From: a virus
Direction: 5' to 3' (one strand)
Virus record (IMG/VR): IMGVR_UViG_3300020183_000012
Span: 1-64,000 of that record
DNA length: 64,000 bases
Shown: positions 18,652 through 28,368 of the stretch, one piece after another
Layout: each line of letters begins with the position of its first letter
Numbering within the stretch: position 1 is the stretch's first letter
Made by a program: the position numbers and the translations under genes
The notes under the pieces: generated by a model
What the model was told of the DNA's origin: nothing
What the model saw: the letters and a program-made list of their open reading frames with translations, nothing else
Databases searched by the model: none

Positions 18652-19331
18652 TTGTGCTGTATGTATGCCCCTTGATTATTAAAACTTCTAAATTTATTGT
18701 GCAAAGGAAAGCCACTAAGTATTTTCCACTTTTTTGAATTGAGCATATAATTGAAAACTGCCATATTTGAATTTATTTCTTCTGGACAGTTTGACATCAT
18801 TCTTGTCATTTCTTCAAAAAAATTCACAAGTTTAATTCTATATCCACCAATTATGCCAGCATTGTATGGTTTTTTTATTTTTATTTTTAAATTGCATTTT
18901 GTCATCTTCTCCTCAATCCATTTCTTGCCTTTTTCGTTGTCTTCACCAGCGCATATGTCAAATTTTTTATCTATTAAATGAAATGGATTTTTGTGTATTT
19001 GCACATCAAAACAATCCGTGCATATTACTTTATCTATTTCTTTTTCATGTATTTTTAAATATTGCAAATAACAAAAAAATCTCTCGTCATTGTAACTTTT
19101 TCTATTACTTATAATTTGGTGTTGAAACTTTATTTTTTCATTTGAGTATTTATTTACAAATTGATCAGACAATTCATTATGAAATATTATGCAATTTAAA
19201 TTGTTTTTTTTTATTGAATTATAGAATTTTTCTATTAAACTAAAATCGTCTTTTTTGCATTTTTCCGTATGGTCGTGCTGAGCAAAGCCGTTGTCTCCAG
19301 AAAACCATGATGTAAAAATAAAGTCTTTCAT
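18648..19331 (-). CDS. putative GT-A glycosyltransferase
   Basis: RF..Y..YL, CTDCFDV, YNAGIIGG. Confidence 0.6.
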   Translation of the reverse strand: MKDFIFTSWFSGDNGFAQHDHTEKCKKDDFSLIEKFYNSIKKNNLNCIIFHNELSDQFVNKYSNEKIKFQHQIISNRKSYNDERFFCYLQYLKIHEKEIDKVICTDCFDVQIHKNPFHLIDKKFDICAGEDNEKGKKWIEEKMTKCNLKIKIKKPYNAGIIGGYRIKLVNFFEEMTRMMSNCPEEINSNMAVFNYMLNSKKWKILSGFPLHNKFRSFNNQGAYIQHK

Positions 19332-20026
19332 TTTATAAGTAAAAAAGTTATTTTTTCAGAGTGTTCAGAAATTTTTTCATTTTTTATTATTTTATATTTT
19401 ACGGTGTTTAGTCCGTCTTTTCTGAAATCATGTTCTCCGTTTCTCATCATGTGCATTAGTTTTCTGTTTTTATCAAGTAGGGATTTGTCAAAAGGCTTAC
19501 TGGTATGCCATTTGTGCTTTTCGTGTTTTAATGAGTCATATCTCCCGTTTCTTCTGTATATTTTGTATTTGCATTTTTGCAATCTGACACCGAAATCTAT
19601 ATCTTCTTTGCCCCAGCCAGTGTACAGATTAGAGAATCCATTTGCTTTTTCAAACATTTGGTTTGTGCACATTATTACTCCTCCCCAGTAGTTTTTGGAG
19701 TGTAGTTTGTATCCGAACTGCTGAACTCGTGAGGCAAGATGTATTGGGCTTTTACTATAAGAATAATTGCAATCTTTTTTTGACGAAGGAATCATGTCAA
19801 CGTCGTGGATACACACGTAGTCTGATTTCTCTTTTATTTCAGTAAACCCGCAATTTATTATGGATCCTTTGTTGAACCACTCTCCGTCATCTGACTGTTC
19901 AGATATAAGTATAGAAAAATTTATATTTTGTTCTTTAATCCATTTCTCCATATGCGGTATGAATAAAGAAAGGTTTTCTTTTCTATTTCTATATGGAACA
20001 ATAATTAATAATTTTTCTTTTTGCAT
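19328..20026 (-). CDS. GT7 beta-1,4-galactosyltransferase-like
   Basis: IIVPYRNR, FNKG..IN.G, HDVD, WGGV, NGFSN.Y.GWG.ED. Confidence 0.9.
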   Translation of the reverse strand: MQKEKLLIIVPYRNRKENLSLFIPHMEKWIKEQNINFSILISEQSDDGEWFNKGSIINCGFTEIKEKSDYVCIHDVDMIPSSKKDCNYSYSKSPIHLASRVQQFGYKLHSKNYWGGVIMCTNQMFEKANGFSNLYTGWGKEDIDFGVRLQKCKYKIYRRNGRYDSLKHEKHKWHTSKPFDKSLLDKNRKLMHMMRNGEHDFRKDGLNTVKYKIIKNEKISEHSEKITFLLIK

Positions 20027-20066
20027 ATATTATATATTTCGTATTTTGACGAAAAATTAAATTCCC

Positions 20067-20957
20067 ATGGAAAGAAAATCTATTAAAAACAAAAGTGAAA
20101 ACAAAGTTGCCTTATTGGTGTTTTATGGTAGAAAAAAGTACTCTAAAATGCTATTTAGATACATTTTTAGAGATCTGAGGTGCAATGGGGGAATTGTAGA
20201 TAAAATATTTATTTTTAGGAACACTTATGACCAATCTGATTTGGACTTTTTATCTTCTTTGCAAAAGGGTAAATTTGGTAAATACATAGAAATTATATCA
20301 GGAGTAAGAATGGGTGTATCTGGTTATTCAGAAAGTTTTGACTGGGTCAATAACAAATGTGGAAAAGATTGGTTTATAGTAAAAATAGATGACGATATTG
20401 TTTATATAAAAAACGGATCTTTAGAAAATTTAGTAAATTTTACCGCAAAACATAAAACATTTTGCTCTGGAAACGTAGTAAACAGCTCTCATTGTAATTT
20501 TATACATGAAAGAATAGGTGCTTTGCCGGTTAGAGATTTGCAATTTCATCCAGAAAAAGATTACGCTGCCGGTCCTCTCCCGCGTTCAAATTATAATTCC
20601 TATGTGCATAATAATTTTTTAAGACTATATGATAAAAAGTTATTATCATCTTATTGTTTTGATAAATTTGTTTTGCCTGATACCAGGTGGAGTATAAATG
20701 TAATTTGTTGGAATTCGTCATACTTAAATAACTTCAAGTTCTGTTTAAATGCACCTGGTGGTGATGAAGTCGGCGTTAGCTACCATTGGCCTAAATATTC
20801 TAGAAAACTTTGTTTAACTTGTGGCGGTGGATTGTTTGTTCATTGGGCTTTTGGATTTCAAAGACCAGATCTTGATAGAACCTCTGAAGGTCAGAAAATT
20901 TATGATAATTATATAAAAATATGCAAGAAAGAAACTGATGAGTACTACAAAATATGA
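20067..20957 (+). CDS. putative GT-A glycosyltransferase
   Basis: GRK.Y, KIDDDIVYI, N.VN, RWSIN, GDE, H.AF..QR. Confidence 0.6.
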   Translation: MERKSIKNKSENKVALLVFYGRKKYSKMLFRYIFRDLRCNGGIVDKIFIFRNTYDQSDLDFLSSLQKGKFGKYIEIISGVRMGVSGYSESFDWVNNKCGKDWFIVKIDDDIVYIKNGSLENLVNFTAKHKTFCSGNVVNSSHCNFIHERIGALPVRDLQFHPEKDYAAGPLPRSNYNSYVHNNFLRLYDKKLLSSYCFDKFVLPDTRWSINVICWNSSYLNNFKFCLNAPGGDEVGVSYHWPKYSRKLCLTCGGGLFVHWAFGFQRPDLDRTSEGQKIYDNYIKICKKETDEYYKI

Positions 20958-22047
20958 TTATTTAATAGTTGGATCTGGTTTATTCGGCGCTGTTTTTGCA
21001 AATCAATTAACCAAAAATGGCAAATCCTGTCTTATAATAGATAAAAGAAAAAAACTTGGCGGTAATGCTAGAACAGATGAAGTAGAGGGTATACATGTTC
21101 ATTCTTATGGTCCTCATATTTTTCATTGTAATGATGACAAAATATGGAATTTTGTTAATTCATACTCAAAGTTTAATTCTTTTGTAAACAGGCCAAAAGT
21201 TTGTTACAAGGGCAAGATATATTCTTTTCCAATAAATCTTATGACTTTATATCAAATGTGGGGCGTCAAAAATCCTGAAGAGGCGCAAAAGAAAATAGAT
21301 AGTGTAAAGATTAATATAGCTAATCCTTCCAATTTGGAAGAGTGGGTTCTGTCCCAGGTTGGAGAAGAAATTTACCAAACATTTGTTTACGGATACACTA
21401 AGAAGCAATGGGGAAGAGATCCTAAAAATTTGCCATCTTTTATAATAAAAAGACTGCCAATAAGACTTAATTTTGATGACAATTATTATACAGACAAATA
21501 TCAGGGTATACCAATTGGTGGATATACAAAGATGATTGAAAATATAATAGGTAATGTTCCAGTGGAGTTAGAAGTAGATTTTTTATCTGATCGTGATTAT
21601 TTGTCAAAAAAAGCAAATAAGGTTGTTTATACGGGCATGATAGATAGATACTTTGAAGACTGTTATGGCAGTCTTGAGTACAGGGGTTTAAAATTTGAAA
21701 CTGATATTTTAAATTGTAGGGACTATCAGGGTAATGCTCTTATTAATTTTACAGAAGAAAATATTCCCTACACTAGAATATGTGAACATAAACATTTTGA
21801 TTTCGGCAAGCAAGACAAAACAGTTGTCACTAAAGAATATCCTTCAAATTGGAAGCCTGGTGATGAGGCATATTACCCTGTTAATGATGAAAAAAATAAT
21901 AATATCTATTCCATGTATAAGGATTTATGCTTAAAGGAAAATAATGTAATATTTGGAGGCAGACTTGCTGATTATAAATATTATGACATGCATCAGGTAA
22001 TAGGCTCTGCTATGGTAAGAGCTAAAGGAGAAATAATTGAAAAATAA
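20938..22047 (+). CDS. glf: UDP-galactopyranose mutase
   Basis: IVGSGLFG, HSYGPHIFH, YTKKQWG, KYQGIPIGGYT, TRICEHKHF, GRLADYKYYDMHQ. Confidence 0.95.
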   Translation: MSTTKYDYLIVGSGLFGAVFANQLTKNGKSCLIIDKRKKLGGNARTDEVEGIHVHSYGPHIFHCNDDKIWNFVNSYSKFNSFVNRPKVCYKGKIYSFPINLMTLYQMWGVKNPEEAQKKIDSVKINIANPSNLEEWVLSQVGEEIYQTFVYGYTKKQWGRDPKNLPSFIIKRLPIRLNFDDNYYTDKYQGIPIGGYTKMIENIIGNVPVELEVDFLSDRDYLSKKANKVVYTGMIDRYFEDCYGSLEYRGLKFETDILNCRDYQGNALINFTEENIPYTRICEHKHFDFGKQDKTVVTKEYPSNWKPGDEAYYPVNDEKNNNIYSMYKDLCLKENNVIFGGRLADYKYYDMHQVIGSAMVRAKGEIIEK

Positions 22048-22702
22048 AAGATACCTAATGAATTATAATGAGTTCATAAAAGATTTAGTCAATATTCCAG
22101 ATATAAAGATGAACCCCTTAAATTATGTACTAGAAAATAAAGATATTTTAGAGGTGAATAAGGATTCCATTGTCATGGAACTGGGAGTTTTTAGCGGGAT
22201 GACAATCAATATGATTGCAAATGGATTCAAAAATCATAAAATTTATGGATTTGATAGTTGGCAAGGGTTGCCTGAGAAATGGGATAGAAATGATATGCTT
22301 TTTGACAAGGGTTCTTTTTCCACAAATGGCAAATACCCAAATGTATCAGAAAACGTGATTTTGATAGACGGGTGGTTTTCTGAAACTTTGCCTAATTTTA
22401 TATCTAATCATAACAAACCAATAAAATTTATGCACGTTGATTGTGATATATATAGCTCTACAAAAGATGTATTTGACAACTTAAAATTTAATATAAAAAA
22501 TGGTTGTGTAGTTGTATTCGATGAATTAGTCAACTATGAGGGTTATCAGAGAAATGGAGAATTAAAGGCTTTTTACGAATTTATTAAAAATAATAAAGTA
22601 GAATTTGAATATATAGGAATGAACGGCAAGATGGGAGATGTGGGGTGTGGTCATGAAAGGGTTGCTGTAAAGATAATAAATAATCCAACATATAAAAAAT
22701 GA
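22037..22702 (+). CDS. class I SAM-dependent O-methyltransferase (TylF/MycF-like)
   Basis: ELGVFSG, GFDSWQGLPE, GWFSETL, HVDCDIYSST, VFDE. Confidence 0.85.
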   Translation: MKNKRYLMNYNEFIKDLVNIPDIKMNPLNYVLENKDILEVNKDSIVMELGVFSGMTINMIANGFKNHKIYGFDSWQGLPEKWDRNDMLFDKGSFSTNGKYPNVSENVILIDGWFSETLPNFISNHNKPIKFMHVDCDIYSSTKDVFDNLKFNIKNGCVVVFDELVNYEGYQRNGELKAFYEFIKNNKVEFEYIGMNGKMGDVGCGHERVAVKIINNPTYKK

Positions 22703-23847
22703 AAGAAATAAAAGTAAAATACATAACAGGTAAGAAAATAGTTTTTTGGTTTGATGGAACAAGTCCTAGAGCGTGTCGTTTTAATTATGAAAATTATACA
22801 GATGTATGTGGATTCAGCGGCACTTGTGCTGTTACTTTAGAGTTAGCTAGGAAATTAGCTGAAAGTAAAAATACAGTATATATTTCTCATCCTGATTATG
22901 GTTTAAAAAACACATTTATACCAGGAAATTCTGAGTTTAACGGATATCTTAATTATACTTATGTGACGCCTGACGAGGATTTATTAAAAGATTGCGATGT
23001 ATTTGTTTTTTCTTTTGGTTTTTTTTGTAAAGATTCCTATGATATATTATCTAAACTAAAAGAGGGTACAATAGTTTGTGCCTTTTCTCATATGTACTGG
23101 TCTCATAGTGCTATTTTTGATATACATAATTATTGCAAATCAAAAAAATTAAATTTTTATTATATAGTAAATTCTAAAACTTCAAAAAAACATTTTATAT
23201 CTAACCCCTCTGAGGTAAAGTATATTCATGTAAATAATAGTATATCAAAACCATTATTTTATGAAGAAATAAACAAGCATGAAAATTTAGAAAGAAAAAA
23301 TCAAATTATTTTTACATCTTCTTTTCAAAGAGGCGGTGAAATGGCAAGCTTAATAGCTAGTCATTTAGGCAAAAATTATGTAAATTTTTCTTATTTACCT
23401 GGTCCTCATGGCAGTGGATCTGTAGGGAAAAAAGAATTAATTAAAAATTTATGTGAATCAGATTATTTTGTGTATACAGCATCTGATATGGAGGGAAATT
23501 TTCCAACAGACACTTATTGTAATGCAGTTCACGAGGCCTTAGCTTGTGGAGTAATTGTTTTAACCTGGGACATTTCTTGTTTTAAAGATGTGTATGGAGA
23601 TAATATTGTTATACTAGATTTTCCTATACTAGATTTTCCTTTTGATCCAAAGTCTTTGGGCGTAGGCCTTCATACTATAAAAAAACTGATAGATCCATTT
23701 GAGTATCTAAAATTTGCAGAAAAAATTAAAGAAATAGATATCAATACATCTCTTAAAAACACCTTAAGAGATAAGGGAAAAAAATGGGCTTTATCAAATA
23801 CTTATGATATAGAATATAAAAACTTTTTAAGGATTTTTGAAAATTAA
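22699..23847 (+). CDS. GT4-like glycosyltransferase
   Basis: FTSSFQRG, DTYC.AVHEALACGV; internal 15-bp tandem duplication (ILDFP x2) at 23611..23640. Confidence 0.7.
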   Translation: MKEIKVKYITGKKIVFWFDGTSPRACRFNYENYTDVCGFSGTCAVTLELARKLAESKNTVYISHPDYGLKNTFIPGNSEFNGYLNYTYVTPDEDLLKDCDVFVFSFGFFCKDSYDILSKLKEGTIVCAFSHMYWSHSAIFDIHNYCKSKKLNFYYIVNSKTSKKHFISNPSEVKYIHVNNSISKPLFYEEINKHENLERKNQIIFTSSFQRGGEMASLIASHLGKNYVNFSYLPGPHGSGSVGKKELIKNLCESDYFVYTASDMEGNFPTDTYCNAVHEALACGVIVLTWDISCFKDVYGDNIVILDFPILDFPFDPKSLGVGLHTIKKLIDPFEYLKFAEKIKEIDINTSLKNTLRDKGKKWALSNTYDIEYKNFLRIFEN

Positions 23848-23882
23848 AATATAGATTGTTTATATTGAAATAATTCATATAT

Positions 23883-24629
23883 ATGAATAAAAAATGTGCA
23901 ATATTATTAAGGGGTCACACAAAAAGAATAAGAGGATCTAATGTGATTTTTGAGGATCCTATAAATTTTGATTTTTCTAGAGGCGCTCTAAAATCTTTTA
24001 TAGATTCTGTCTATATGCCTTTCAGTAATATGTATGATGTGGATTGTTATTTTTCTGTTTCTGATGATTATAATATAGATTTAATCAAAAGTAATTTCCC
24101 TAATTGCAAATACTCTTTATGTGTTCACTATGATTGGTCTGCACAAAGATTGAATATGTTAAATGGTTTGCATAATATCTATCAAAGTGAAATTATTTAT
24201 GATAAAATTTTTATATCTAGATTTGATTTAATATATAAAAAAAATATAAATTGTTTTATAAATGACATGAATAGCAATATTGTTTATCAGTGGGCTGAAT
24301 ATCCAGTTACTCCCAACAGAGTTCCTGACGCAATACACTGGATAAACAATGATAAAAGTAATGATGTATTTAGTAAATTTATAAAATCTATTGAATATCA
24401 TGAACCTAATGGAAGTTTTCATGATCTAAAAAATATAACAGATCAATTGGGCATGAGTAGCTCTTTTATGATTGACGGATATTATGATGCTAACACCTCC
24501 AGACATCCTGATAATCATGGAAAAGGATTAAATTTATCCAAAAATCCTATATATGTGATGAGTGGTAGGAGATATTTTTTTGATGATTTTACGCATGATA
24601 GTTTATATGAAGGTGATTGGTCATGTTAA
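23883..24629 (+). CDS. putative glycosyltransferase
   Basis: AILLRG, YDKIFISRFD; similar to 7997..8929. Confidence 0.55.
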   Translation: MNKKCAILLRGHTKRIRGSNVIFEDPINFDFSRGALKSFIDSVYMPFSNMYDVDCYFSVSDDYNIDLIKSNFPNCKYSLCVHYDWSAQRLNMLNGLHNIYQSEIIYDKIFISRFDLIYKKNINCFINDMNSNIVYQWAEYPVTPNRVPDAIHWINNDKSNDVFSKFIKSIEYHEPNGSFHDLKNITDQLGMSSSFMIDGYYDANTSRHPDNHGKGLNLSKNPIYVMSGRRYFFDDFTHDSLYEGDWSC

Positions 24630-24693
24630 TTTTATAGAAAGTTATAACAATGTCAATTGAAATATATTTAGTAAGATTTAATGAGGATAAATT

Positions 24694-25383
24694 ATGAAAA
24701 AAATAGCTGTAATTTGTCCTTCTAGGTCAAGACCTAATAACATAAAAGAAGTCATTATTAGTTTTAATGATTGTAAAAGTTCTTTGTCGGATATTTATTT
24801 TGTTATTGATAGTGATGATACTAGTAATTATGAAAAATACACAAGCAATATTGGTATAATAAAATATGAAAAAAATAATGATTCTAGAGGAGTAGTTGCG
24901 CCCATGAATTATGCTGCATGTAAATTGTCAAAACAGTATGAATATTTATATTTCATGGGAGACGATCATAGATTTAGGACTAAGGATTGGGATAATATTT
25001 TTGTTGAAAACATGAATGCAATGGACAATATTGGAGTGATATATCCCAATGACCTAATGCATGGGTCTATGTTAGCAAGTTCACATTTAATTTCTTCCAA
25101 TATAGTAAAAATTTTAGGTCATTTTTATAATCCTATTTTTACGCATTTGTGTAGTGACAATTCAATAATGAGCATAGGACACGGACTTAATAGAATCAAA
25201 TATTTGGAAAATGTTGTTATAGAGCATTTGCATCCTTTTTCTGGTAAGAGTCAGTGGGATGATCTGTACAGAACTGTTAATTCAGAAAATATGAATAAAA
25301 AGGATAGAGAGGCTTGGCACAATTGGTCTCAAAATATTTATCCTCATGAAATAGAGAAATTAAAAAAAGAGTTAAAAATATGA
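24694..25383 (+). CDS. GT2-like glycosyltransferase
   Basis: ICPSRSRP, IDSDD, FMGDDHRFRT..WD, H...D. Confidence 0.75.
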   Translation: MKKIAVICPSRSRPNNIKEVIISFNDCKSSLSDIYFVIDSDDTSNYEKYTSNIGIIKYEKNNDSRGVVAPMNYAACKLSKQYEYLYFMGDDHRFRTKDWDNIFVENMNAMDNIGVIYPNDLMHGSMLASSHLISSNIVKILGHFYNPIFTHLCSDNSIMSIGHGLNRIKYLENVVIEHLHPFSGKSQWDDLYRTVNSENMNKKDREAWHNWSQNIYPHEIEKLKKELKI

Positions 25384-26030
25384 AAAAAATAATATCTTTT
25401 AGCTTGTGGGGCTATGATCCCAAGTATTGTGTAGGCGCTATTAAAAATTTAGAATTAGCTAAGTCTATATATAGTGATTGGATATGTAGATTCTATTATG
25501 GTAAAAAAACAGATCAAGATTGTATAGGTGTTTTGAGAAATAAAGAAAATGTAGAATTAATACCAGTTAATGAGGATGGAGATTGGTCTGGAATGTTTTG
25601 GAGGTTTTTTGCAGGAGATAGTAATGATATAGTTATATTTAGGGATACAGATTCCAGGTTAAATACTAGAGAGAAAGAAGCTGTTGACGACTGGTTAAAT
25701 TCTGAATATGATTTTCATGTTATGAGAGATCATCCTTGGCACCAGACTGAGATTTTAGGAGGCATGTGGGGATGCAGAAATGGGGTATTAAAAGGAATTT
25801 CTAATACGATTGAAAAATATCAAAAAGGTAATTTTTATCAAGTTGATCAAAACTTTTTGCGCTCTCATGTTCACCATTTAACATTAAATAATTGTAAAAT
25901 ACATGATGAATTTTTTAATATTAATCATTTTCCTTCAAAAAGAAAAGGAAGAGAGTTTGTGGGACAACCCTTTAATGCTGATGATACAGAATGTGACAGA
26001 ATACATGGAGATTTAGTAGTAGGAAGGTAG
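25380..26030 (+). CDS. conserved putative glycosyltransferase (ISFSLWG/RDxDSR family)
   Basis: IISFSLWG, MFWRF, FRDTDSRL..RE, FHVMRDHP.H..ILGGMWG. Confidence 0.65.
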   Translation: MKKIISFSLWGYDPKYCVGAIKNLELAKSIYSDWICRFYYGKKTDQDCIGVLRNKENVELIPVNEDGDWSGMFWRFFAGDSNDIVIFRDTDSRLNTREKEAVDDWLNSEYDFHVMRDHPWHQTEILGGMWGCRNGVLKGISNTIEKYQKGNFYQVDQNFLRSHVHHLTLNNCKIHDEFFNINHFPSKRKGREFVGQPFNADDTECDRIHGDLVVGR

Positions 26031-26037
26031 TTTTTAT

Positions 26038-26934
26038 ATGGCATTTGCAATTGAACAACATCACAACAAATTAGAAGTGTACTTTGACGGGAACAGCATT
26101 TATTGTCATGAGTATTGGTGTTACGAGAGTAGGGGTAGAATGAGTTCTTATTTGATAAATGAGGCTTTTAGCAATTTAAATAATGATGAAAAAAACAGAA
26201 TGAATGTAGGATCTGTATTTTTGTTTATGGGCGATTATTTAGATTATCCATTATCTTTTTCTGGTCCTTCATATAATGATTTTATGATACCTGATTATAT
26301 CTTTGCGGGTTGGCCAGAGACAGGAATTCATGATTATGATGATATGTGCAAAAGAATTCGTTTAAAATCTATTGAAAATTATATTGATGATCGTTTATTT
26401 TGGATAGGAAATATAAATACACATCATACTAGAAGAAAATTTTATGAAAATTTTAATAAAAATTTAAAAGTCAAATGCATAGATATAATTCAGTGGGTAA
26501 AACAGTCTGGAACAATTGAACTGAAAACAGAAAATGGCAATTTTATTTCTCTTCCTGATCATACTAATTATAAATTTTTGATAGATATACAGGGTGCTGG
26601 TTATTCAGGTAGAACTAAACTACTTTTGCATTCTAATAGGCCATTGTTTTATCAATTGAGAAAATGCAATGAATATTGGTTTTATGATTTGAGGCCTTTT
26701 GAACATTATATCCCTGTAAATGAAGATTTCTCTGATTTTGAAGATAAATTAAACTGGGCACATAAAAATGAAAATAAATGTAAAGAAATATCCAAAAATG
26801 CATTTGATTATGCTGATAAAAACTTAAGAAAATCGAATGCAGTTGATAGGTATAAAAAAGTTTTAATTAAAGCATTTTCTATTAAAGATAATTTAATTAG
26901 TCCTAGTGAATATATGTTAAAAAGATTAAAATGA
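26038..26934 (+). CDS. GT90 (CAP10/POGLUT-like) glycosyltransferase
   Basis: YKFLIDIQG.GYSGR, E.W...L.P..HYIPV, W...N...C..I..NA. Confidence 0.85.
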   Translation: MAFAIEQHHNKLEVYFDGNSIYCHEYWCYESRGRMSSYLINEAFSNLNNDEKNRMNVGSVFLFMGDYLDYPLSFSGPSYNDFMIPDYIFAGWPETGIHDYDDMCKRIRLKSIENYIDDRLFWIGNINTHHTRRKFYENFNKNLKVKCIDIIQWVKQSGTIELKTENGNFISLPDHTNYKFLIDIQGAGYSGRTKLLLHSNRPLFYQLRKCNEYWFYDLRPFEHYIPVNEDFSDFEDKLNWAHKNENKCKEISKNAFDYADKNLRKSNAVDRYKKVLIKAFSIKDNLISPSEYMLKRLK

Positions 26935-27572
26935 AAATATTATTCTTAATCATTTCATGTGAAAATCACATTAATACCAGACAAAATTGGTTAAAAAACA
27001 CGTGGCTTAATAATTTGGACTATATTTTTTTATCTGACATTGATAGTACTGACAATGTTTGTGTAACTAGGACAAAGGGTCATATTAGCGGTGAGGAAAA
27101 ACAAATTATGGGTATTGATTACGCAAATAAGTCAAATAATTATGATTGGTATTTTTTTTGTGATGATGATACATATGTTAATACTAAAAATCTTATTAGT
27201 CATATCGGATGTTTAGATAATAGTTGCAATAGTTGTGGTCTTGTTTTTTCTGAAGAAACTCATCCTGATAATCCTATATGGCCTTACGTTGAAAAGGGGC
27301 ATAGGTACTATTCTGGTGGTTCTGGATTTGCATTAAGAAAAGACTTGATAAATCGAATTAATAGTAAAATAAATATTCCCAAGACTAATTACGGAGATGT
27401 TACATTAGGATATTATCTTAAGGGAGAAAAGCTGTATAGCTCTAATAGATTTAATCAAAATAATTATTTACACTTGAAACATGATTTACATCAAATTAAA
27501 CATAATATAAGTTATCATTATATGAATGAAAAAATGATGAAAGAAATTAATAGCATATGCAAAGAAAAATAA
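26931..27572 (+). CDS. Fringe/GT31-like glycosyltransferase
   Basis: TW, YDWYFFCDDDTYVN..NL, YYSGGSGF, GDVTLG, ISYHY. Confidence 0.85.
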   Translation: MKILFLIISCENHINTRQNWLKNTWLNNLDYIFLSDIDSTDNVCVTRTKGHISGEEKQIMGIDYANKSNNYDWYFFCDDDTYVNTKNLISHIGCLDNSCNSCGLVFSEETHPDNPIWPYVEKGHRYYSGGSGFALRKDLINRINSKINIPKTNYGDVTLGYYLKGEKLYSSNRFNQNNYLHLKHDLHQIKHNISYHYMNEKMMKEINSICKEK

Positions 27573-27606
27573 AGATTTTATTTTTAGTCAAATATATGGA
27601 GATAAT

Positions 27607-27763
27607 ATGAAATATTATAGTCAATACGGAGAAGAATTATTTTTTACAATCATATTTTAATAATAAAAAAGATGGTTTTTGTGTTGAAAGAGCGTTTATA
27701 AAATGCGATAATGAGATTGTGGTATGGGGCTTAGGTCAAGCTTTTAATTATGAAGATAGCTAA
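27607..27763 (+). pseudogene. chimeric remnant: FkbM-like N-terminus fused to fragments of the 28365 glycosyltransferase
   Basis: MKYYSQYGEE...F..KKDGFCVE with a frameshift in a T6 run; 27684..27738 matches 28441..28495 at 53/55 nt. Confidence 0.75.
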
Positions 27764-27792
27764 TTTGAACCAAAACATGGAGATATGCTAAT

Positions 27793-28368
27793 ATGAAAAT
27801 AGTACAGATAGGTACTAATACGGGTAATGATGATTTGAGTAAGTTGATTCAAGATAATCAGCCAGACTTGTTACTTCTTGTAGAACCAATGAAAATTCAT
27901 AATGAAAAAATTGAAGACCAATATAAATGGGTCAAGAACAAAGTTATAGAAAACATAGCCATAACTACAGAAAGCAGTAGTGAACAAGAAACTTCATTCT
28001 TTTATCACAAAAACGATGGCCCATTATATGAGGTTGCATCTATAGACCGATACCATATCTTGAAACATGGTTATCATCCAGAAGGAATAGTGGAAATTAG
28101 GGTTGAATGTAAAACTATTAATGCTCTTTTTGAAAAATATAATCTTCAACAAATAAATATTTTATTTATAGATGCAGAGGGACTTGACGATCAGATCATC
28201 AAGTCTATAGATTTTTCAAAGTTTAAAATTAATGAGATTTACTTTGAAAACTTGCATTTAAAAAATCAAGATATTTATGAATATTTGAACAAACTTGGCT
28301 ATTTCATTATTGAAAAAGTAGGTATGAATGGGTGGAGTTCTTTAGCAAAGAAAAATAATACGAGATGA
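27793..28368 (+). CDS. FkbM-family methyltransferase
   Basis: VQIGTN.G.D, LVEP, ENIAI, LFIDAEGLD, IYFE. Confidence 0.85.
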   Translation: MKIVQIGTNTGNDDLSKLIQDNQPDLLLLVEPMKIHNEKIEDQYKWVKNKVIENIAITTESSSEQETSFFYHKNDGPLYEVASIDRYHILKHGYHPEGIVEIRVECKTINALFEKYNLQQINILFIDAEGLDDQIIKSIDFSKFKINEIYFENLHLKNQDIYEYLNKLGYFIIEKVGMNGWSSLAKKNNTR

